Source of the DNA: Bacillales bacterium UBA7642
GTDB lineage: Bacteria; Bacillota_I; Bacilli_A; RFN20; CAG-288
DNA: 55,931 bases
Direction of reading: 5' to 3'
Assembly: GCA_002483745.1 (NCBI GenBank)
Contig: DLIM01000025.1
Location: 1-55,931 of the forward strand
Shown here: in pieces, positions 47,714-55,931 of the stretch
Layout: every line of letters starts with the position of its first letter
How positions within the stretch are numbered: the stretch's first letter is position 1
The notes under the pieces: model-generated
The model's input: only the letters and a program-made list of their open reading frames with translations
Database searches by the model: none
What the model was told of the DNA's origin: nothing
Made by a program: the position numbers and the translations under genes

Positions 47714-49630
47714 ATGTTTGAAAATTTAAAGTCCAAAATCAAAATCGGAAATGTGACGATTAATAACCGTTTTGTGATGCCAACTCTTAAGCTTAACCTA
47801 TGCACTAAGGATGGCTATATTACTCAACGGGACTTAGGTTTCTTTATTGCCAGAGCTAAAGGAGGTTTCGGCCTTATTTTCACTGATGAAATCTCCCTAG
47901 ATAATGTCTTTAAGGTTGATCCTTATGGTCCAAACTATTCTTCCCAGCATAAATTACAAGATATTCAAGTACTAACAAAGAGTGTTCATAAGTATAAAAG
48001 CAAAATTTTTGCTTCTTTTTGCCAGCCTGGTATGGAATCCTGCCAAACAGTCACTGATAAGAAATTCCCTGTTCCAAGCATAGAATTTCGTTATCATTCA
48101 ATCAGGCAAAACGTTTTAACTGATTTTGAAATTAAAAAAGTTATTAGAGACTTTGTTAAAGCTACCCACTTCTCAAAGGAAGCCGGATTTGATGGTCTTT
48201 GTCTCAATGCTTCTAAGGATTACCTTCTTGGTGCCTTTTTATCTCCTTTCTACAATCATCGTGATGATCAATATGGCGGAAACTTTGAAAACAGGTTTAG
48301 GATTGTACAGGAAATCTATCATGAAATACGAATAAACTTAGGAGCTGACTTCCCTATAGGTATTAAATTATCTATTTGTGATACCGCTGTTCCAGGACGG
48401 ACTTTTGAGGAAACCAAAAAGATTGCTATTGAATGTGGGAAATTGGGATTTGATTTCGTTATGATCATTCCTCCTTTCACACCTGATAAAAGAATATCCG
48501 GTTCATACTATGAATCTATGCCTAAAGAAAACACATTTGAAGACTGCAAAGAAATCCGCCGATCACTCAAGATTCCTCTTATGTTAACTGCTAATGTCTC
48601 AGATCCCCGGATCGGTGAACAGTGCCTAAAGGATAAAGTCTGTGATTTAGTGGCTTTTGGCAAGTCCGGTTTAGCTGATTCCGATTTTCCAAATAAGGTT
48701 ATTAATAACCATTTACTAGATATCGCTCCTTGTATTCATTGTATTTCCGGTTGCTCAGAAAGTCTTTTACTGACTGGATCTTCTAAATGCGTTGTAAATC
48801 CTTTCTTAGGGAATGAAGAATTTATCAAAATCGAAAAAGCCAAAAATCTTCTTCGAATTGGCATCATTGGCTTAGGCTTAGCTGCTACTTCTATGGCTCT
48901 TTATTTAGCAAAGGCTGGACATAGTGTGGAAATCTATCATTCTGAAGATAAGATAGGCAACCCTTATGGCACCTATGGTCAAAACAAGAATGAATATCCT
49001 GTTTTCTTGGATTGGATGCTTCGACAATATAAGAAATATAAGGTAACTTTGCATCTCAACTCTAGTCCCACTCCTAAAGAAATATTAGCTATGAATTTTG
49101 ATCGTATCATTATTGGCTATGGTGCTAATCCTTATAAGCCCACTATTAAAGGCATCGACAACAAAGACGTCTATCCTGTTGAAGATTTATTCTTAGGAAA
49201 AGTTACTGCAGGTGAGAACAATGTTATTTTAGGTTCTGGCTATCAAGCCTGTGAAGCGGCTACTTTCTTATCGGATAGATATAAGCAGGTTACCATACTT
49301 ACTAAAAACGATTACCTTCTAAGTGACTTAGATGGCTTACCTAACCCTGAATTCACTGCTCGTCTTTTCCAAAGCGGGGTATCTTTCTATAGAATCTACC
49401 AAGACCCCACAATCACTAGGCATTCTGTGATTTTCAATATCAAAGACCGACGTCTCATGGTCCTTTATGACCGAGTCTTTTATGCAACCGGTTATGACAA
49501 TATGGTTCCTGTCTATAATCAGCTATTGACCTTAGGCTATCCTAAAGACAACATCTTCATTATCGAGAAGAAAGGAAACGTTGGTCTATCAGCTGTTGAA
49601 GGAATCAGAGTAGCTAAACTAATTCAGTAA
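47714..49630 (+). CDS. OYE-like FMN oxidoreductase fused to an Fe-S motif and an FAD/NAD(P)-binding domain (2,4-dienoyl-CoA/enoate reductase class)
   Basis: The ATG at 47714 follows AGAGGGGA. It has an N-terminal TIM-barrel OYE pattern (ARAKGGFGLIFTDE), the Cys cluster CIHCISGC...C, and the Rossmann motif IGIIGLGLAATSMALYLAKAGH. Confidence 0.8.
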   Translation: MFENLKSKIKIGNVTINNRFVMPTLKLNLCTKDGYITQRDLGFFIARAKGGFGLIFTDEISLDNVFKVDPYGPNYSSQHKLQDIQVLTKSVHKYKSKIFASFCQPGMESCQTVTDKKFPVPSIEFRYHSIRQNVLTDFEIKKVIRDFVKATHFSKEAGFDGLCLNASKDYLLGAFLSPFYNHRDDQYGGNFENRFRIVQEIYHEIRINLGADFPIGIKLSICDTAVPGRTFEETKKIAIECGKLGFDFVMIIPPFTPDKRISGSYYESMPKENTFEDCKEIRRSLKIPLMLTANVSDPRIGEQCLKDKVCDLVAFGKSGLADSDFPNKVINNHLLDIAPCIHCISGCSESLLLTGSSKCVVNPFLGNEEFIKIEKAKNLLRIGIIGLGLAATSMALYLAKAGHSVEIYHSEDKIGNPYGTYGQNKNEYPVFLDWMLRQYKKYKVTLHLNSSPTPKEILAMNFDRIIIGYGANPYKPTIKGIDNKDVYPVEDLFLGKVTAGENNVILGSGYQACEAATFLSDRYKQVTILTKNDYLLSDLDGLPNPEFTARLFQSGVSFYRIYQDPTITRHSVIFNIKDRRLMVLYDRVFYATGYDNMVPVYNQLLTLGYPKDNIFIIEKKGNVGLSAVEGIRVAKLIQ

Positions 49631-49635
49631 TAAAA

Positions 49636-49668
49636 AAGCCCCAATGGCAAACATTGAGGCTTATTTAG
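49636..49668 (+). terminator. Candidate terminator of the oxidoreductase gene
   Basis: AAGCCCCAATG / CATTGAGGCTT stem (one mismatch) followed by a weak T-tract (ATTTAGTT). Confidence 0.45.
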
Positions 49669-49669
49669 T

Positions 49670-49747
49670 TGGTGCCCTTGAAGGGACTCGGACCCTTGGC
49701 CCCCTGATTCGAAGTCAGATGCTCTAATCCAGCTGAGCTACAAGGGC
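49670..49747 (-). tRNA. tRNA-Arg (anticodon UCG) with encoded CCA
   Basis: Minus-strand fold: GCCCTTG-TA-GCTC-AGCTGGATTA-GAGC-A-TCTGA-CTTCGAA-TCAGG-GGGCC-AAGGG-TCCGAGT-CCCTT-CAAGGGC-A-CCA. The cloverleaf closes completely, with anticodon loop CU-UCG-AA. Confidence 0.9.
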
Positions 49748-49947
49748 AGAAACGCTTATCTATTGTATCAAATCAGCTAAGTTTTTTCCTCAATAAGTTA
49801 AAAATTCTTTCATCCATCACTTCAATTATTATGGTTTGGATTTGAAACCCTCTTTTTTATTTTTAATTTATCAAACTAAAGAGTACTTTTCTTTATTTAA
49901 TTGTATAATAGATTAAACATTCTATAGAAGGAGACTGAATTTAAAAA

Positions 49948-51564
49948 ATGACAGAAATAAAAATGATTCAGAAACGTGTCTTCCCTAGCTTCCTTGTTAA
50001 AATCTGGGAATCTTTTAAGAGCGTCATTCCTATTGCGGTTGTTGTCTTGATACTATATTTCACCGGAAAAGATAATGCTTTTTCGTGGGCTAGTGATAAA
50101 AGTTCTTTTGGCTTTCCCAAAGAACTTTTATTCTTTCTTCTGTTTTCCCTGGTCGTTGCCTTAGGATTAGGACTCTTCTCAATCGGCGTTGATCAATCAT
50201 TAGAAAGAATCGGTAAGACAGTTGGTTCCTCCTTGACCAAAAAGCAAAGCATCGTCTTTATGGTCGGAATTACCTTCATCATTGGATTCTTGATTACTTT
50301 TGCTGAGCCTGACTTAAAAATCCTAGCTCAGGAAGTCGGTATGAATGAATGGGTACTCATTACAGTTATTTCGGTAGGTGTCGGTTTATTTCTTGTCTTA
50401 GGGACGCTAAGAATTATCTTCCAATGGGATATGAGAGTAGCCTTCTTAGCAGCTTATGCTACTATCTTTATCTTAGCCAATATTGCTCCTAAGGCTTTCT
50501 TGGCTATCGCCTTTGATTCTGGAGGAGTAACAACCGGACCAGTTACTATTCCTTTTATTTTAGCTTTTGGCTCTGGTATTGCTGCCACCAGACAAGGTTC
50601 AAAATCCGGAAGTGATGAATTCGGTCTAGTGGCTCACGCCACTATGGGTCCTATTATTGCGGTCATAATTTTAGCAATCTGCATATCTATTAGTAACCCT
50701 GATTTTGTCTTGTCCTATCAGAACGAGACTGTCGATATTGGCCTTTCTTTTTCTAGCTATGGCTCCTCTCTTCTTTCAAGCCTTAAAGAAACCAGTTTAG
50801 CTATCGGGCCTTTAGCTCTTTTCTTTATCGTCTATGATTTGTTCATTCTAAAGCTTTCCAAAAAGGATATCATCCATGTCTTCTTTGGTCTCTTCTTATG
50901 CTACTTAGGTCTGATTTTCTTTATGAGTGCCGTTAATACCGGCTTCAAGCCGATTGCTTTATCTATCGGCAAAGCCTTAGGGAATCAGAATGAATTCCCC
51001 TTAGCTATTGTAATCGGAGCTTTATTTGGCTGCTTTGCCGTTTTAGCTGAACCAGCAGTTATGGTCTTAACTGATAGGATTGTCCAAGTCAGTGAAGGCT
51101 CAATCAAAAAGGGTAGTTTCCTTTTCACAATGGCAATCTCTATTGCCTTAGCCGTTATGCTTTCAGTTATCCGAGTCTTTTATGGATTCTCTTTACTTTA
51201 CTATATAGTTCCTGGATATCTTCTAGTCTTCTTATTAAGTTTCTTTGTACCCCGTATTTATTCGTCAATGGCATTTGATGCTGGTACGGTCGCTTCTGGT
51301 CCTATGGCAGCTTCTTTCACTATGCCTTTCATTCTTGGACTGGCTTCTTCTTTATACTCTGATAAAGCCAATTATTCGGATTTGATTTATGAAAACGCCT
51401 TTGGCGTCATTTCTATGATTTCCTTGCTTCCTATTATCGTTGTTGAAGCAACTGGTCTTTATGCCACTATCAAAACCAACATCATCTACAGCAAGGCCAG
51501 AAAGCAGATTACGATGCCTGACGATGATCAGATTATTCATTTCACGGAGTCTAACACGATATGA
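49948..51564 (+). CDS. DUF1538-family integral membrane protein (two internal homologous halves)
   Basis: 538 aa, polytopic. The halves share FAEPDLKILAQEV / LAEPAVMVLTDRI and AFDSGGVTTGPVTIPFILAFG / AFDAGTVASGPMAASFTMPFILG. An extended -10 (TGTATAAT, 49903-49910) lies upstream. Confidence 0.65.
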   Translation: MTEIKMIQKRVFPSFLVKIWESFKSVIPIAVVVLILYFTGKDNAFSWASDKSSFGFPKELLFFLLFSLVVALGLGLFSIGVDQSLERIGKTVGSSLTKKQSIVFMVGITFIIGFLITFAEPDLKILAQEVGMNEWVLITVISVGVGLFLVLGTLRIIFQWDMRVAFLAAYATIFILANIAPKAFLAIAFDSGGVTTGPVTIPFILAFGSGIAATRQGSKSGSDEFGLVAHATMGPIIAVIILAICISISNPDFVLSYQNETVDIGLSFSSYGSSLLSSLKETSLAIGPLALFFIVYDLFILKLSKKDIIHVFFGLFLCYLGLIFFMSAVNTGFKPIALSIGKALGNQNEFPLAIVIGALFGCFAVLAEPAVMVLTDRIVQVSEGSIKKGSFLFTMAISIALAVMLSVIRVFYGFSLLYYIVPGYLLVFLLSFFVPRIYSSMAFDAGTVASGPMAASFTMPFILGLASSLYSDKANYSDLIYENAFGVISMISLLPIIVVEATGLYATIKTNIIYSKARKQITMPDDDQIIHFTESNTI

Positions 51565-52337
51565 AATTAAATTTGCTGGAAAGAATCACTTCATCCCATT
51601 TCCCTTATGATGAGACTCACGACTTAGAAAGAGTCGGGTTCTTTATGTCGATTGTCCCCGATGGACAAGCTTTAGCAATCAAAGATCTTCTGGATAAGGC
51701 ACAGGCGGCTTTTTCTTTCCTCACTCACGGAAAAGGAACGGCTTCTAAGGAAATCTATGATGTCTTAGGAATTGAAGAAAACCGCAAACAGATTGTTTTT
51801 TCTTTAATGCCAATGAAGAACTGGCCTAATCTTAAGGATCAGCTTGTCAGAAGATTCAAAATTTCTGACTACACTAAAGGCGTTGCTTGTATGGTGGATA
51901 TAGATTCCTTGTCTTCAGTCAGTGTCTACCGCATGGTAACAAATAATCGAATTGATGAGCCAAAGAAAGGAAAAAGACCTATGGATACTGAAGTAACGAA
52001 ACCAAGTGATGACTTTGAAATCATTATGACCATTGTCAATGATGGCTATTCTGATATTGTCATGTCGGCTGCCAAGAAGGCTGGAGCAAGAGGCGGAACG
52101 ATTCTTTCTGCTAGAGGCACCGGCAATAAGGATATGGAGAAGTTCTTTGGTATTGTCATCACTCCAGAAAAGGAAATCGTTATGATTATTGTCCCTAAAG
52201 ACATAAAGGATAACGTCTTAGCTTCTATTTCTAAGGAGTGCGGTATCAATACTAAGGGCCAAGGCATTGCCTTCTCCCTAAAAGCCAGTGATGTCACCGG
52301 CATTGTAGAGACTGAAGAGCCTCCTAAAAACAATTAG
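51561..52337 (+). CDS. Tandem P-II-like (GlnB-fold) signal-transduction protein
   Basis: There are two P-II-like modules: FFMSIVPDGQALAIKDLL...THGKGTASKE and FEIIMTIVNDGYSDIVMSAAKKAGARGGTILSARGTGNKD...IVMIIVP. The start overlaps the DUF1538 stop (ATGA). Confidence 0.65.
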   Translation: MKLNLLERITSSHFPYDETHDLERVGFFMSIVPDGQALAIKDLLDKAQAAFSFLTHGKGTASKEIYDVLGIEENRKQIVFSLMPMKNWPNLKDQLVRRFKISDYTKGVACMVDIDSLSSVSVYRMVTNNRIDEPKKGKRPMDTEVTKPSDDFEIIMTIVNDGYSDIVMSAAKKAGARGGTILSARGTGNKDMEKFFGIVITPEKEIVMIIVPKDIKDNVLASISKECGINTKGQGIAFSLKASDVTGIVETEEPPKNN

Positions 52338-53737
52338 ACTTGGCTCAGAGGCTTATTCTTAGTAACCTCATCTTTATCAGTATTGTTATTTAAGGTCATA
52401 TCGGGAGTCGGTGATTCTTCACCGACTAAGGTGGCCTTTTCTTTTTCTCTTAGAAGTGAATGGGTTAATAAGCTATTCCGATGAATTCCTTTATTCGCAT
52501 TAATGGCTTCTTTGCTGATTGAGCCGCTCTTAATTAAAGCTAACTTAGCTAAACCAGGTCCAATCATTTCGTAAAGTATAGAAGAGCAAAGGATAATTGA
52601 AAGGAAGGTAGATCCTAAAGTTCCACCTAATAACCTAGCTCCCATATCGGCTAAGCCAATAGCAACTCCGGCCTGCGGAATTAAGGCAAAGCCGAGGTTT
52701 ACGGCGACTTTCTTAGGTTCCTTAGCTAAGTAACAGCCAATGAATGCCCCAGCATATTTGCCAATTATTCTTAAGAAGAAATAGGCAACCCCTAGAAGAC
52801 CAATGACCGCAAAATTAGAAAAGTCCATCTTCATTCCGCTAAGCACAAAGAAAAGACACATTATCGGAGGAGTAAAATTGTCTAATTGAGTAAAGATGAC
52901 ATCATCTTTCTTGAAATTTATATAGCTGGCACCAAAGACCATGCAACACATCAAGGGCGAAATAGAAATCATCGGTAAATCACAAATACCGCAGAGCAAT
53001 AATAAAGTAGCTACAGTTAATATCAAACGGTTGTCCTGACTTCTTTTAGCTGACATCAGTTTGCTATGGATGAATCCTAAAAGAATACCTAAGCCAATAG
53101 CGGCAATGTTATAAACAAGGGGAAGAACTACTGATTTAACAATATCAACATTGTTGCCACTCATGCCATTAACTAAAGCAATAGCTAAAGTGTAGCAAAT
53201 CAGACAAACTGCATCATCGAGGGAGACTACTTGAAGAAGAATATCTACAAACTCACCTTTAGCCTGATACTGCCTTATAGTCATCATAGTAGAAGCCGGA
53301 GCAGTAGCAGTGGCAATAGCTCCTAAAAGCAAAGCAAAGTTCCAACTGACTGAGTTCCAAAAAATAGCTTTAACAAAAACAGTAACCACAATTCCGGCTA
53401 ACACTGATTCAAAGACTGTAATAACAATTGTCTTTTTAGCAGTCTTCTTAATTGTATCAATACGGAAATATCTGCCAACACCGAAAGCAATGAAAGCTAA
53501 AGCCACATCGCTTAAGAAGCCCATCCCACTTATAATATTATTGGGAATTAATCCTAAGCAGAAAGGACCGATAAGGCAACCGGTAAGAATATAAGCAGTG
53601 ACATTAGGAAGCTTTAAAACCTTAGTAATTCTAGTCAATAAGAAAGCTACAAAAAGCATTATTGCTAATGCAATTAAGACTGTCGGAAGATAACCAAAAA
53701 CAGAATAATACTGTTGTAAATCAAATGGAAATTTCAT
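52334..53737 (-). CDS. Cation:proton antiporter (CPA2 / Na+/H+ exchanger family), no RCK domain
   Basis: N-terminal LKLPNVTAYILTGCLIGPFCLGLIP, 12-13 TM segments and a hydrophilic C-terminal tail. Confidence 0.8.
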   Translation of the reverse strand: MKFPFDLQQYYSVFGYLPTVLIALAIMLFVAFLLTRITKVLKLPNVTAYILTGCLIGPFCLGLIPNNIISGMGFLSDVALAFIAFGVGRYFRIDTIKKTAKKTIVITVFESVLAGIVVTVFVKAIFWNSVSWNFALLLGAIATATAPASTMMTIRQYQAKGEFVDILLQVVSLDDAVCLICYTLAIALVNGMSGNNVDIVKSVVLPLVYNIAAIGLGILLGFIHSKLMSAKRSQDNRLILTVATLLLLCGICDLPMISISPLMCCMVFGASYINFKKDDVIFTQLDNFTPPIMCLFFVLSGMKMDFSNFAVIGLLGVAYFFLRIIGKYAGAFIGCYLAKEPKKVAVNLGFALIPQAGVAIGLADMGARLLGGTLGSTFLSIILCSSILYEMIGPGLAKLALIKSGSISKEAINANKGIHRNSLLTHSLLREKEKATLVGEESPTPDMTLNNNTDKDEVTKNKPLSQV

Positions 53738-53800
53738 AATTTTCGTACCTGGATGCTTGTATTCTAAGCAGGTTCTAACAAAATTGTATATTAATGTATT

Positions 53801-53828
53801 TTGACCATCGATAAATTATTGTTATAAT
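53801..53828 (+). promoter_or_regulatory. Candidate promoter of the LysR gene
   Basis: TTGACC (53801-53806) - 16 nt - TATAAT (53823-53828). This favours the ATG at 53848, preceded by AGAGGA, over the track start at 53827. Confidence 0.55.
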
Positions 53829-53847
53829 GTCTATAGAGGAAAATAAA

Positions 53848-54744
53848 ATGATAGATCAAAAACTATTGACCTTAATATCAGTTGCAGAAACAGGATCATT
53901 TTCTAAAGCTGCAAAAAAACTATGTTTAACTCAACCAGCAGTTTCAACTCACATAAAGCTTTTAGAAAGAGAGCTTAATGTTAAGCTATTTACCCGAGGC
54001 AATAATCAGCTAAAACTCACTAACGAAGGCATAATTGTCTTAACATACGCTAAAAGAATTCAATCAATGTATTCCGAACTTCAGACAAAGATTACGGATT
54101 CAAAGAACAACACCCTAACTCTAGTTATAGGTGTAACTCATACAGCTGAATCAAGTGTTGTCATGGAAGCACTTGGCCGATATGCAAACGAAACACCCAA
54201 CATACGTATAACGTTTATTACAGGGTCTATAAAAACTCTTTATGGGTTGCTATCAGATTATTCTATAGATGTTGCCATTGTTGAAGGAAACAATACTAAC
54301 CCGCAATTCAACTCTCTCCTTCTTGATACTGACTCTCTTTTATTAGCGGTATCTCCTAAAAATCATTTGGCCAATCAAGGCATGGCGACTCTTGATCAGT
54401 TAAGAAAAGAAAAAATGATTTTAAGAAGACCAAATTCTGGTACAAGACAGCTATTTGAATCCAGTATCAAATCTCAAGGTTTAAGCATTTCGGATTTTGA
54501 AGTTAATATCGAATGTGATTCTCTCTTTACTATCAAAGACTTAGTTGAAAAGAATATCGGTGTCTCCGTCTTAGGAAAATCCACCTGCATTGAAGAGGTT
54601 AAGAAGCATGACTTGGTTTTGCTTCCTATCGTTGGTCTATCAATGATCAGAGAAGTAAATATCATCTACCCCAAGGATTTCTCCCATCCCGAAGTCCTTA
54701 CCGGAATAATCAATGCCTACAAGTTAGCTGTCAAGAATGAATAG
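53848..54744 (+). CDS. LysR-family transcriptional regulator
   Basis: Winged-HTH LLTLISVAETGSFSKAAKKLCLTQPAVSTHIKLLE followed by a periplasmic-binding-fold effector domain. It is divergent from the CPA2 gene. Confidence 0.9.
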   Translation: MIDQKLLTLISVAETGSFSKAAKKLCLTQPAVSTHIKLLERELNVKLFTRGNNQLKLTNEGIIVLTYAKRIQSMYSELQTKITDSKNNTLTLVIGVTHTAESSVVMEALGRYANETPNIRITFITGSIKTLYGLLSDYSIDVAIVEGNNTNPQFNSLLLDTDSLLLAVSPKNHLANQGMATLDQLRKEKMILRRPNSGTRQLFESSIKSQGLSISDFEVNIECDSLFTIKDLVEKNIGVSVLGKSTCIEEVKKHDLVLLPIVGLSMIREVNIIYPKDFSHPEVLTGIINAYKLAVKNE

Positions 54745-54880
54745 GTATTTAGTCTTTTAATGCGTCTATAAAATCAATTTATGATGACCTCTTTGTGTTG
54801 CTTTATATTGCTTTTTAAGGTAAAATTCTTAAGTAAGAAGTTTTAGACCATTCCAATATTTTTTTAACTTTTTTTGTGAT

Positions 54881-54906
54881 GCACACAGAAATGTGTGTCT
54901 TTTTTG
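54881..54906 (+). terminator. Weak terminator-like hairpin immediately upstream of the YitT-family gene RBS
   Basis: CACACA-GAAA-TGTGTG stem-loop followed by CTTTTTTG. The stem is only 6-7 bp. Confidence 0.3.
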
Positions 54907-54920
54907 AGGGGGTATTTACG

Positions 54921-55931
54921 ATGAAAAAAGAAGCAAAATCAAAACTATTCATAGAGGCTAAAAATATCTTTTTAGTTCTTTTTGGCTGTTTTGTTTTAGC
55001 GGTAGCAGATGCTATCTTCATTGTTCCCTGCAATATCGTTAACGGTGGAGTGGATTCAATAGGTATCATTATTAATTATTATCTAAAGCCCATCTTGGGC
55101 TACGATGTCTCCGATATCTTTATTGCCGTCTGTCAAACGGTCCTTTGGATTATTGGATTATTCTTCCTAGGTAGAAAATTTTCTTTTCATACCCTCTTAG
55201 GATCCCTAGCTTTCCCGCTTTTTTATGCATTGCTATTTAGAACTAACTTGCTGGATGCTATCGGCTTTACTGAAGTCTACCAAGCAAACACGAATCCTGA
55301 TGGTTCAATAAGTTTAGCTTTTTTGATACTATCAGGAATTTTCGGTGGTTTCCTTTCTGGCGCTGGGGTTGCATTAACCTATCTAGGTGATGGATCGACT
55401 GGCGGCTTTGACGTTGTGAGTTTCATTATTGCTAAATACGGACTGATGAAACAGGATTATTCCGGATTCATTATGGACACTTCTTCGATAATCATTGGCT
55501 TAATAGTTTTTAGAGATTGGCAACTAGCCTTAGTGGGAATCCTTTCAGCTGTAGTCTGTGCCTTTGCCATCAATTTAATCTACATTCGTGCCAATTCCTA
55601 TTTGATTGCCGATATCATCTCTGACAATTCTAAAGTTATCCAGGATTTCATTCATGAAAAGCTAGGCCATGGAACAACTGTCCTAGATGCTTTAGGAGGA
55701 TATACCGGAGAAGAAAGAAAACTTATCAGAGTAGTCATCTATAAAAGAGATGCCCAGGAATTAAAAAGGTTCATAGCTAGTGTAGACCCAAAGGCTTTTG
55801 TTAGCTTTACTACGGCAAGAGCAATTAACGGAGCTGGTTTTGAGGCTTTAGAAGTATCAGCTAGAGACAAAGAAAGAATACTAACTAAATATGGAATTAC
55901 ACCTAGAAAGCCTAAAAAGGAAGGCGAGTAA
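54921..55931 (+). CDS. YitT-family membrane protein with a C-terminal DUF2179 domain
   Basis: The ATG at 54921 follows GAGGGGG. The N-terminal TM region carries NGGVDSIGIII, and the C-terminal region reads GHGTTVLDALGGYTGEERKLIRVVI...AFVSFTTARAINGAGF. Confidence 0.8.
   Translation: MKKEAKSKLFIEAKNIFLVLFGCFVLAVADAIFIVPCNIVNGGVDSIGIIINYYLKPILGYDVSDIFIAVCQTVLWIIGLFFLGRKFSFHTLLGSLAFPLFYALLFRTNLLDAIGFTEVYQANTNPDGSISLAFLILSGIFGGFLSGAGVALTYLGDGSTGGFDVVSFIIAKYGLMKQDYSGFIMDTSSIIIGLIVFRDWQLALVGILSAVVCAFAINLIYIRANSYLIADIISDNSKVIQDFIHEKLGHGTTVLDALGGYTGEERKLIRVVIYKRDAQELKRFIASVDPKAFVSFTTARAINGAGFEALEVSARDKERILTKYGITPRKPKKEGE

Noticed and set aside
1-55931. Alternative genetic code (TGA = Trp, as in Mycoplasma/Spiroplasma)
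   Set aside because: Several genes that match full-length homologues end at TGA (aguA at 37046-37048, xth at 38682-38684). No conserved protein requires read-through of an in-frame TGA.
1-55931. CRISPR arrays, tandem repeats or rRNA genes
   Set aside because: No regularly spaced direct repeats and no rRNA-like conserved segments were seen on either strand. The only large repeat is the diverged gene-block duplication.

Overview
This is a low-GC bacterial chromosomal segment that uses the standard genetic code: TGA-terminated genes such as xth and aguA match full-length homologues. Gene content looks like a host-associated Bacillota/Mycoplasmatota-type organism (Erysipelotrichia, Acholeplasma or RF39-like), with many Cys-lipobox lipoproteins carrying Ser/Thr-rich linkers. 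No rRNA, CRISPR array, transposase, integrase or phage genes are visible.

Gene content, in order:
- A surface-lipoprotein locus (168-6854) that includes a beta-helix polysaccharide-lyase-like protein and a 1004-aa protein with GLUG-like repeats.
- A 5-kb six-gene block that occurs twice in direct orientation, 9.4 kb apart (7.7-12.7 kb and 17.1-22.1 kb). It encodes a small membrane protein, a CmpB-like membrane protein, fmt, a flavin-reductase-like protein, a ybaK-like deacylase and a GH13 glucosidase. The two copies are separated by decaying membrane-protein ORFs, a MATE exporter and eno.
- fba.
- An operon of two paralogous FucI/AraA-like proteins plus an adenosine-deaminase-fold protein. 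All three appear to lack the canonical catalytic or metal residues.
- A BMP-family nucleoside ABC importer.
- A DJ-1 / CvpA / uridine-kinase-CYTH operon.
- aguA-aguB-xth, DegV, an RNase J homologue with substituted Zn ligands, deoC, rpsT, holA, ppiB and gpmA.
- A DUF47-PiT phosphate pair, followed by a 700-bp AT-rich gap that holds an orphan terminator.
- An OYE/dienoyl-CoA-reductase-like flavoprotein and tRNA-Arg(UCG).
- A DUF1538 membrane protein paired with a tandem P-II-like protein.
- A CPA2 antiporter with a divergent LysR regulator, and a YitT-family protein.

The best candidates for undescribed biology are the degenerate-enzyme operon (23.3-27.5 kb), the DUF1538 / tandem-P-II pair and the diverged segmental duplication. 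All family assignments come from reading motifs by eye, not from database searches.
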